From contig NC_057711.1 in assembly GCF_004010195.1 (NCBI RefSeq), positions 78,165,371 through 78,227,206 on the forward strand: a DNA stretch of 61,836 nucleotides. The letters run 5' to 3'. The translations under genes were made by a program, and so were the position numbers. Positions within the stretch are counted from its first letter, which is position 1. The number at the start of each line of letters is the position of its first letter. The notes beneath the pieces are model-generated. The model ran no database searches. It saw only the letters and a program-made list of their open reading frames with translations, and was not told where the DNA came from. This DNA is from Chiloscyllium plagiosum (Eukaryota). This document shows, one piece after another, positions 52,130 to 61,836 of the stretch.

Positions 52130-52713
52130 TGTTGACTTCTTTTTTCCTGAGGTTCTTACACACTTGAAGCAATGGCAACACACTATGAACAAGCAAAATT
52201 TTATTAAGCACAGTAAAATATAAGCTTTGGAGAAACCCTAAACACACTTCGCCATGGTTGCGAAGCATGTCCAGGGAAGCTCTCTCTGAACAAAGGAAAC
52301 AGTCCTTCCTTTATACAAAATCTTTACATCACAGTCAGTAATGCCCACAAGACAGCCTCCAGCCAACCCCCTCACAGTCACATGCCCCTCAAGACACAAT
52401 GCAGTGACCACCTCACCTCCAGAAACAATAGAATGTAAATCATCCCTTATTGGCCAGATCTGGTGTGAATCGTATTTTTTTTAAAACTACGGCAAAGAGT
52501 CAGAATTCCAACTTTCATGTTCTTATTGATTTCTGAATAGGGAATGATAATACAAATGGATATGAATGGCAAGGGAATGACCATGTAAGTGACTGTGAAT
52601 AATAGGAGATAAGGCATTTTCTTGCAATTTATCTGTAAATCAGAGACATTCCACTTTAGCCTTGGGACATCCAATTACCCGCAGGTCAGCAAAGCAAGTT
52701 AACTCTAATATCA
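52130..52713. mobile_element. Possible solo LTR inserted in CR1
   Basis: Interrupts CR1 sequence; TG..CA ends, flanks cttgg / ctttgg, and a minus-strand AATAAA at ~52200. Confidence 0.35.
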
Positions 52714-53102
52714 CTTTGGAGTCTTTCAAAACCAAATAGTGAAAAGTGCAAGGCCAACAAATTCCTGTGAAAGTAGACAGTGGGTCCAAAAATTCCAAAG
52801 AGTCCTGATTATCAAGCAATATACAGGATGGGATGGTGAAAAGGGAAGATTATGGTAGATTAATAACACCAGAAGCCCTAAAGGAGTGTAGAAAGTATCA
52901 GGAATTACTTAAATTAGGAAAGCAAAGGGATATGAAAAAATAGTCACTGATGGGTAAAATAAAGGCAAATCAAAGACATTGAGTATTTTTGTTTCCAAAG
53001 GATAACTAGGGAAAAAGAGTAGGTTCCATTATTGACCAAAGTGTTAAGCTGTGTGGAGCATGAAGACATTGGTGACGGTTTAAATGAGTATTATTAAATT
53101 AG

Positions 53103-53534
53103 TGTTATCTGGCTTAAAATTGGATACTTGAAGATGCTTCTTGAATAATGGCCATTTGTCCTGATCTTTTTTTGAAGAGACATTTTAAGGCAGAGATGAC
53201 AAGCAATCTACCAGTACCACTAGAGTTAACACTAGAGTTAAATTTAGTTTTCTAAATTTACCTTTTATTGGGTGTTATGGGATGTTGCTACATTGGAACT
53301 GTTAGTTAATAGTAGATACTATCTATTATTTTGTTAAACATTCCAACAGAGTTACAACTAAGCCAAATCATATCTTTATTTTTACTATAGTGGATGAATA
53401 AACTATGTTTTGCTTTAAATCCATTAGTTTGATCAATTGAATTGCATCTGGAATACAATACCTTAAATTTACCTTTAAAACCTATCTTAATATATTTTGA
53501 TGGGGTCTAGTCTGGTCCAGTCTGATCCATAATA
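53103..53534 (+). mobile_element. Possible solo LTR remnant inserted in CR1
   Basis: tgttat...aataaa...cataata ends; unrelated to the flanking CR1 sequence. Confidence 0.3.
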
Positions 53535-54814
53535 CCACAGTCCTAGATATATCCTAGGCTGCTGATAAAAGTCAAGGGAGGAGATTTCAGTGATACTGAC
53601 GCTAGTTACTAAATTCTCCCTGAATGCTAGTTACTAAATTCTCCCTGAGGTTTGAGAAAACAGTTAATATGGTCTCATTATTCAAGAAGGGTGGTTGAGA
53701 TCAGCCAGAGAATTTAGTCTAGCATCGGTGGTCAGGAAATTATTGAAAAAAATTCTGATGGACAGAATTAAATCTCCACTTGGAGACACAGGATTGATCA
53801 AGGAGAGTCTGCATGGCATTGTCAGAGGGAAATTTATAACTGACAGGTTTGATTGAGTATTTGAGAGATAACTAGATATGAAGATTGTGCAATAGGATGG
53901 AGTCTACATAGGCTTTTGTCAAGGTCTTACACAGGAGAATGGTTAAGAAAGTCAGAGTCCTTGGGATCAAGGTCATTTTTGAGACTCCAAACCTGTTCGT
54001 GATATCATAGGGTTTGCTGCTTGGTCCCTTGCTGTCTGTAATGTACATTAACAATCTAGAAATGAATAGAGATTTGACCAATGAGTTCACAAATGATTCT
54101 AATGTGGTAAATCTTAAGGAGGAATGCCGTTGACCACAAGACGATTTTGACAGGCTGGTCGGAAGGGCAGAATAATGGTAAATGGAATTTAATCCTGCTA
54201 AGTGTGAACTCTAAGAAATGCAGTGGACCAAAGGGACCTTGGAGTGTATGCCCTCAGATTTTTGAAGGCAATAGGGCAGGTGAATAAACCAGGTATATCG
54301 GATAGCGGCCTTTATTATTCAAGACATCGAACACAACAGCAAAGAGATTATGGTGGAGTTGTATAATTAGAGAAATTAGATCACAGCTGAAGTAACATGC
54401 AGTTCTGTTCACCACACAATAAGGAGGATGCGATTGCACTAGAGAAGGTGAAGCAGAGATTCACCAGGATGTTGCCTGAACTTGAACGCTTCTACTAAGA
54501 GGAGACGAAAAGTAACCGATTGAGATTGAGGATGAAGATAGGGTAAACAGGAAACAAAAAGTGCAGATAGCTTAGATGGGATTTAAGGAAGACCTCTTCC
54601 TCCTACTCAGAAGGTATAAAACACTGCCTGAGTTGTACAGTCAGGAACCATCATAAAATTTAAGTGGTATTTAAATAGTCATTTGAAGTGTCATTGCTTA
54701 CAAAGTCACAGGCCAAGAGCTGGGACCTGCGATTAAAGTAGATAGGTGCTCAACAACAGTCATAAACACAGTTAACCAAAAGATCTCATTGCTGTAAAAC
54801 TAAGATTCTATTAG

Positions 54815-56537
54815 TAAGAATGGAGGAGATTATGGAAAGCTGTAACATTAAAGGATTTGGGGGTCCTCGTGCATCAAATCGAAAAGCCAGCATTCAATTT
54901 CAGCAGGCAACCAGGAGGCAGATGACTGCCTGTTTGTGTTTAAAAGGGAATGGAGTATGAAAATAGGGAAAGCTGTACAAGGCCTCACTAACAATGTTAG
55001 AAATACATTTGGTCCCCTTATACAAGAAAAAGAGGTACCTGACGTTGGAGGCAGTCCAGAGAAGGTTCACTTGACTAATTCCTGGTATGGAGGGACTGCC
55101 TTATGACAAGACGTTGAATAGGTTGGACTGGTACTCATTGTAATGTAGAAGGATGAAAGGTGACCTTATTGAAACATACAAAATAGTTAAGGACCTTGAC
55201 AGGGTAGCTCCAGAGCGGTTGGGTCGAGGACCAGAGAACATAATTGCAGTAAGTGCTCACCCATCTAACACAGATGAGGAGGCATTTCTTCTAAGGTTAG
55301 CGGTTCTATGGATTTTTTTTTAACCACAGAGTTATTGAGGTTTACGTGCTAAGTGTATTCAAGGCTGACAATTACAGATTTTTAAACAGTAATTGAATCA
55401 AAGTTTATGGGGATATAGCAGAAAAGTGGAGTTGAGGATTATCAGAACATCCATGAACCACTGAATGCTGGAGTAGACTCGACTGTCTGAATGGCTCACT
55501 TCTGCTCTTACATTTTAAGAGTCAGAGTCATGCAACACAGAAGAGGCTCTTTGGCCCATCAGGTCTGTATCAACCAATCAACACTAATTCCACATCCCAG
55601 CACTTGGCCCAACATTTTCAATGTTGTGACATTTCAAGTGTTCACCCATATATGTTTTAAAGAGTTGAGAGTTTTCCAGACTCAACTACTCTCCTAAGCA
55701 GAGCGTTCCAGGTTCTGCATGAAAACTTTTTCTGAAATCCCTTCTAAACCTCTTGCCTTTCACCTTAAAATTATACATTTCTATTTTTGACCATTCACTT
55801 AAGGAGAACAGCTGTTTTCTATTCGACCTGTCCATGCCTCTCAATCTGATACTTCCTCAGCCTTCTCTGCTCCAAAAAAAAATCCAAGTCTATAGCCTCC
55901 CTTCATAGGGAATATGGTTCGTTCCAGGCAACATCCTGGTGAAACTCCTCTGCATACTGAGCCAGTCTTATCACATGATCTACACCCATCAACCTACTCT
56001 TGGTCAAAGTGATTCAAAGAGTCACCAATACTCTTCTTTCAGGCAGCACTTCCTCACTAATAACCTCCTCAGGTGATGCATAGCTTTGGTTCCACGAACA
56101 CAATGCAATTCCTGACGTCATTACAGCCTTGGTCCAAACCTGGACAAAACAGCTGAATTCAAGAGGTGAGTGACTGCCCTTGACATACCTTACACAAAAG
56201 GAAGCATTTGGGTTGTTGGAGATGATTGTCTTAGTCCAGATACACACAAAGGATCATACATGCCTGCATGAAACTCAAAATGGAAAGCATTCAGGCTTAG
56301 GCTGATAATTGGCACTTAACAAGTAATAAGTATCAGGCAATGACCATCTCTAATGAAAGCAAGTAAATATCCTCCTTTGACATTTAACAAATTGACTGTC
56401 ACTGAATTCTCCATTAAGTTATTTTCAGCAGGGAGATGGGGGTGTCACCAAACAGAAATGTAACTGGTTCAGCCATATAAATACTGTGGCAACCAGATTA
56501 GATCTGAAATTTTCTGTAAAATTGACTCACCACCACT

Positions 56538-56573
<36 letters not shown>

Positions 56574-56650
56574 ATTTACATTAAAAGTCTACATTAGGAC
56601 AGAATAGCAGCTACCTGAAGTACAGCTCTAACACATCAAGCCCAACACCA
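54815..56650. mobile_element. Cluster of degraded LINE fragments (CR1 plus ~54815-55520; CR1 minus ~55520-55975; LINE plus ~56000-56650)
   Basis: LEAVQRRFT*LIPGM, GDLIETYKI, CR1 tails facing each other at ~55520, and RT remnants like those at 22900-23760. Confidence 0.65.
56539..56573. repeat. Poly-C tract (C35)
   Basis: Directly visible. Confidence 0.95.
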
Positions 56651-58089
56651 TCATAGGAAAAAAAAACTCTCAAAGATTTGCAAAAGGCCCCCACTGCTGG
56701 AAAGCTCACTGTATTGTGAAGCTAGAGGCTGCTTTCCTACTAAATAAAGCCTGCAGGATCAGCCCCTGTCTATAGCAGCATGTCAGCTGGTCAGAGTGTG
56801 ATTAAAAACATCAGCACCACAGCTAGCTGGCAGATTCGGTTAAAAGAACAAAGGTTTTTGAAAGCAGACACCAGACCATAATATTTTTAAGAAAACAAAA
56901 TTAACGGAGATGTAAAATGAAAAAAAAAAAGTAATTGTTAGCCATTTTTAACCAAATACTTTTTTCACCAAACACACTTTAATTTTACGTATTTCTGACA
57001 AAAGAAATTTAGTCTTTGACAGACATCTCGAGCAGAGCTATGATAAATGGAATGTGCAGCTTAAATTGAATACTGATATACTAGCTCTCTGTTTAAGATT
57101 TCTACATTTTCATAATTAAAAATTACCTATATCATTAACATTGCAGCATAGATAAATTTACATATCCTGTTCACAGTCACAGTCAGTGTTCCAGTCCTTC
57201 ATTCTCCCATGAAATTAAATCAAAACTGGCCAAAACCCATTTTCAAAGCATTGAAATTAGGACCAAATAGGGAAAGGTTTTCCTTGGCTCCAAGTTACTC
57301 ATCTTACCGGATTTCGAAATAATTTCGGTGAAAGAGAATTCAAGAAAATATTTCAGACAATATTATTTTTCTTGGATCGCAAATCAAAACAAAACAAAAA
57401 CCAGTATTGCAAAAAAGACCATTCAACCAACCAAAGTTAATCTCTCTGCTGCTGAGTTTAATCATAGCATCCACTTTTATCATGAATAACTCTCATGGTG
57501 CCAGTCAGTTACTTGAAAACATGTCACTCCTGATGATAGTTTGCTGTACTTTCAACTTTGTTAATTTAATATAAATCTGAGTAACAAAGTATGTTTATTT
57601 CAAAGTCTATACTGTTCAAGCAATTTTCATAAGAGCAAGCATACTCCCAGGAAAGACTTCACCCATTTAAAAATTCTCCTCCAGTTTCCTGAAAATAAAT
57701 GGCAATTACAAAGGGACAAGCTGACATCAATAAAGGGGGCCAGTTAGATACACAAAGACCTGACAATTCCTCACCATCATGATGTTCAAAATCTGTGCAC
57801 AGAAGTTCCAAGAATATGAATGAAACTATTACCCCGTATGACTGAAATAATCTAAAAGTAGGGGTACTCAACATTTTGTAACAGTTTATATTTCTAGGAG
57901 TCTTTAGACAATATTCACAATTAGAGATATAAAGGTGTAAATATTTAGAAATTTCAGGAATTTTGCTGAGCGCATGTCAGATTTAATAAATCAAAAGTAG
58001 CATTATTTTAAAAAGTGGCTAATCTGCAAAACAAGAATGAAGTACACATACATACAAATGGTCAAATGGTGTCAGATAGACTGTCACAC

Positions 58090-58740
58090 TGGTCACACAG
58101 TCACAGAGAAGTACAGCACGGAAACAAACTCTTCAGTCCAACTCGCCCATGCTGACCAGATATCCCAACCCAATCTAGTCCCACCTGCCAGCACCCGGCC
58201 CATATCCCTCCAAACCCTTCCTATCCATATACCCATCCAGATGCCTCTTAAATGTTGCAATTCTATTAGCCTCCATCACTTCCTCTGGCAGCTCATGCCA
58301 TACACGTACCACCCTCTGAATGAAAAATTGCCCCTTAGATCTCTTTTATACCTTTCCCGTCTCACTCTAAACCTATGCCCTCTCGTTCTGGACTCCCCCA
58401 CCCCAAGGAAAAGACTTTGTCCATTTATCCTATCCATGCCCCTCATGATTTTATAAACCCTCCAACGCTCCATCAATAGCATTGAATAGCTTATTCAACC
58501 TCCCCCTATAGCTCAAATCCTCCAATCCTGGCAACATTCTGGTAAATCTTTTCTGGTTTCACAACATCTTTCCAATAGGAAGGAGACCAGAATTACACGC
58601 AATGTTCCAACAGTGGCCTAACCAAGGCCTTCTACAGCCGCAACATGACCTCCCAACTCCTGTATGCAATACTCTGACCAATAAAGGAAAGCATACCAAA
58701 CCCCTTCTGCAAGGAGCTATGAACCTGCATTCCAAGGTGT
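58090..58740 (-). mobile_element. CR1 3' fragment
   Basis: VYKIMRGMDRING..LFLGVGESRTRGHRFRVR; tail gtcaca repeats. Confidence 0.88.
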
Positions 58741-58784
58741 CTCACTTTAGAAAATTTATGTAATAACATGGATTACATAAATGA

Positions 58785-58955
58785 AAGCAAAATATTGCAG
58801 AGGCTGGAGAGTGAAAACAAAAGGCTGGAGAAACTCAGCAGGTCTGGAATCATCTGAGAAGAGAGAAACACAGAGTTAAGATAGAGTCTGATATGACTCT
58901 TTTTAGAAATCTCTCTCCACAGATGCTGCCAGACTGCTGAGTTTCTCAAACATTT
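58785..58955. mobile_element. Degraded inverted PLE pLTR insertion (further family)
   Basis: gagaaactcagcaggtctggaatcatctg versus cagatgctgccagactgctgagtttctc form an inverted repeat. The centre gagtctgatatgactc resembles a decayed hammerhead helix II. Confidence 0.6.
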
Positions 58956-59087
58956 GGTTCCTATAACAGAGATAACATTAGCTGATAATGCAGGAAATGT
59001 AAGGATTAGTGACAATAGGTGTTTCTTGTATTAATTTAGAGTTGAAAGGGATGAAATCCTTAAAGTTAGTCTGAAGAATGCTTTTGG

Positions 59088-59272
59088 ATCGGTTACCTCA
59101 GTTGGTGGATGGCTGATCGCAATGTGGTTACATCAATAGCATGGGCTGAATTTCCATGCTGGTTTAAGGACTCTGCTTCTCAACTTCTCACCTTGCCTGA
59201 GGTGTGGTGACCATCAGGTGAAACCATGACCAGTCACTCCCCTCCAATGAGAGAATAGCCCTATAGTCTGGT
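59088..59272 (+). mobile_element. Probable degraded tRNA-derived SINE of a second family
   Basis: A-box-like ttacctcagttgg and B-box-like gggctgaatttc, followed by a distinct body. Confidence 0.45.
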
Positions 59273-59574
59273 CTGAATGTACGTTTTGTGCAAATGATCT
59301 GCACGGAGCAAGGAAACAAATGTTAAATTTGCATAGAACATAAAAGAATTCAACAAATAAAACAGTGCTGCAAAATGGTTCAGCTGGATAAGCTGGTTAG
59401 CAGAATTGGCATTGGTGACAGATACAGCTGTTGGAAGGGAGTTGATGGTGGCGAGCAATGCCAATGCTGAGCAAAGGGTGGAAGACAGGTTGAATTGTAG
59501 AGGCAACAGATGAAGGAACACTGTAAACAAATGAATAAAGCAATGGAAACATTGCCAAAGAGGGAAGGAGACAA

Positions 59575-60985
59575 CTGAATTGAATTTATTGTCATGTGTA
59601 CCAAGGCACAGTGAAAAGCTTTGTCTTGCAAGCAACATAGGTAGATCAGAGAGTTAAGTAGCATAGATACTAAATAATAAGTAAACAGCGGCAAAAACAA
59701 AAACACAGGTACAGGCGAATGTTAAGAGTTCGACAGCCCATTCAGTATTCTAACAGTAGAGTAGAAACTGTCACAAAACTAGCTGGTACGTGTTCAGGCT
59801 TCTGTACCTTCTCCCCTGTGGTGAAGGTTGTAGAAAAACCTTGCCAGAGTGGGATGGATCTTTAAGAATGCTGGTGGCCTTTCCTTGACAGCAAGCCCAG
59901 TAGATGGATTCTATAGATGGGAGGTTGGCCTTTGTGATTGTCCAGGCTGAATTCACTCTCTGCAACTGCCTCCGATCTTGAACAGTACAATTGCCATCCC
60001 AGGTAGTGATACATTCAGACAGAATGTTCTCGATGGCGCACCTATAAAAGTTGGCAAGGGTATACGCCATCATGCCAAATTTCCTCAGCTGCCTGAGGAA
60101 GGCGACACGTTGTTGGGCCTTTGTAACCAGTGCGTCAACATGAAAGGTCCAAGAAAGCTTGTTGTGGATGACCACTCCCAGGAGCTTGACACTTCCTACG
60201 TGTTCCACCTCTGTGCTGTTAATCTGTAGGGGTCATGAGTAACATCCTACCAAAAATGAATAATGAATTCCTTGGTTTTGTTGGCGTTGAGAGCTAGGTT
60301 GTTCTCAGTGCATTTTTCCAGGTCTTCCAACTCCAGTCCATAGTCTGTTTCATTGCCATCTGAGATTCGACTGACGATGGTGATGTCATCAGCAAACTTG
60401 TAAATGGTATTAGTCTAGTTTTTGCGATGCAGTCATGGGTATACAGTGAGTACAGTAGGGGGCTAAGTACACATCCCTGGGGGGCTTCAGTGTTGAGTGT
60501 TAGTGATTATGAGATATTGTCCACAATCTTCACTGATTGTGGACTGTGGATGGGAAAACTGAGGATCCAGTTACAGAGAGTGGGGCTTAGTCCGAGATCA
60601 CCAAATTTAGTAATCAGGCTAGAGGAGATAAAAGTGTTGAAGGCTGAACTGAATTAAATGAATAGGATTCTTACGTAGCTGCGCTTGGTGTCAAGATGTT
60701 CTAGGGAGGAGTGAAGGGCAAGTGATATGGCACCTGATGTAGATCTGTTGGTGCGAGAAGCAAATTGTAATGAGTCAAGAGTAGTGGGGAGGTTGGAGTT
60801 GATTAATGCCATGACCAGCCTTTCAAAGCATTTCATGACCACCGAAGATAGGGCCGCTGGGCAATTGTCATCGAGACATGCTGTATGAGCCTTCTTGGGC
60901 ACAGGGATGATGTTGGCCCTCTTGAAACTGGCAGGGACAGTGACCTGCTGCAGGGAGAGGTTGATGATGTCCGAAAAGACCTCTG
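59575..60985 (-). mobile_element. Rex1/Babar LINE 3' portion (RT and C-terminal domain)
   Basis: CPAALSSVVMKCFERLV..LDSLQFASRTNRST..AISLALHSSLEHLD..YVRILFI, APQGCVLSPLLYSLYTHDC, KFADDIT and KAQQRVAFLRQLRKF..NFYRCAIENIL; tail ttgaatttattg. Confidence 0.92.
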
Positions 60986-61204
60986 CCAGTTGACAAAATA
61001 ATCAAACTCCAGTCAAAAGTAGAAAAAGGAAGGCGGCAAATCTGAAAAAAAGAAAGCAAGAGAGTACCTAGAAAGAGGGAACTCTTTCCAGTGTACAATA
61101 GGACACAGACCAGGAAGGAAGTGCGAGTGATCAGCAGCTTATGGAGATAAGAAGGGAGCAAAAAACTGAATTCATTTACTAATCATTTATTTTATACCAT
61201 GGTC

Positions 61205-61645
61205 TCTGTCCTATAGGATGATGTGAAACGTGAAAGGGTTCAGAAAAGATTTACAAGGATATTCCCAGGATTGGAGGGTTTCAGTCATTAGTGAGCAGCT
61301 GAATAGGCTGGAGCTGTTTTCCCTGGAGTGTCAGAGGCCGAGGGGTGACCTTATAGAGGTTTATAAAATAATGGGGGGGATGGATAGGGAAATAGACAAG
61401 GTATTTTCCCTGGGTGGGGGAGTCCAGAACTAGAGAGCATAGGTTAAGAGAAAAATTTAAAAGGGAACTAAGGGGCAACCTTTTCACGCAGAGTGTGGTG
61501 CATGTATGGAATGAGCTGCCAGAGGAAGCAGAGATGGGTAAAATTACAGCATTTTAAAAGCATCTCGATGGGTATATGAATAAGAGGAGTTTAGAGGGAT
61601 ATGGGACTAGATTAATTTAGGATATCTGGTTGGCTTGGACTGAAG
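61205..61645 (+). mobile_element. CR1 3' fragment
   Basis: LELFSLECQRPRGDLIEVYKIMGGMDR, RTREHR and WNELPEE. Confidence 0.85.
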
Positions 61646-61652
61646 TAAAGGT

Positions 61653-61836
61653 GGAGAAAGTGAGGTCTGCAGATGCTGGAGATCAGAGATGGAAATGTGT
61701 TGCTGGAAAAGCGCAGCAGGTCAGGCAGCATCTAGGGAACAGGAGAATCGACGTTTCGGGCATTAGCCCTTCTTCAGGAATGAGGAAAGTTGGTCCAGCA
61801 GGCTAAGATAAAAGATAGGGAGGAGGGACTTGGGGG
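61653..61836 (-). mobile_element. Penelope-like element 3' end/pLTR running off the window
   Basis: Same family as 51348-51477, but continues upstream of the hammerhead. Confidence 0.8.
61747..61781 (-). ncRNA. Intact minimal hammerhead ribozyme motif
   Basis: attc CTGAAGA a gggc taat gccc GAA ACGT C gat on the minus strand. Confidence 0.75.

Larger units (their letters stand above)
51640..54810 (+). mobile_element. Old CR1 ORF2 remnant with two LTR-like insertions
   Basis: IIVGDFNL at ~51760, SLFKKGG (PLFKKG-like) at ~53675, QHG-like sequence at ~53810 and a 3' end near 54800. Confidence 0.7.

Noticed and set aside
56539..56573. C35 tract as a functional G-quadruplex element
   Set aside because: Lies in a decayed LINE, and homopolymer length is unreliable in assemblies.
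1..61836. Other GNA14 exons, CRISPR arrays, rRNA or prokaryote-type systems
   Set aside because: Searched by eye for exon 1 and exon 3 motifs (e.g. ELKLLLL, QECYDRRREYQL) and for repeat-spacer arrays; none seen. A short diverged exon could have been missed.

Overview
Repeat-dense intronic DNA from a vertebrate, most likely a shark or other elasmobranch. That assignment is inferred from HE1/V-SINE-type SINEs plus abundant CR1, Penelope and Rex1 elements. The only host coding sequence I can support is one 185-nt minus-strand exon (26719-26903) of a Gq-family G-protein alpha subunit, best matching GNA14 exon 2. The whole window therefore probably lies in introns 1 and 2 of that gene. The rest is layered mobile DNA: many CR1 LINE relics, an internally deleted Ty3/Gypsy (Mag-like) LTR element with both LTRs, a Rex1/Babar LINE, tRNA-derived SINEs, Tigger-like MITEs, possible solo LTRs and a 920-N gap. 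One near full-length CR1 has its centre replaced by a perfect ~245-copy 12-bp array. The most notable signal is about ten Penelope-like (PLE) insertions from roughly three families. Many have inverted (hairpin) architecture, several have 12-17 bp target-site duplications, and most carry minimal hammerhead-ribozyme motifs (CUGANGA...GAAAC-GUC). These include ~120-130 bp hammerhead-only mini-insertions and a 342-bp-arm hairpin beginning 78 nt from the GNA14 exon donor. PLE-associated hammerheads are known biology. Their possible effect on this pre-mRNA and the independent mobility of the mini-units are inference. I found no clearly new protein-coding system. Boundaries of degraded repeats are approximate.
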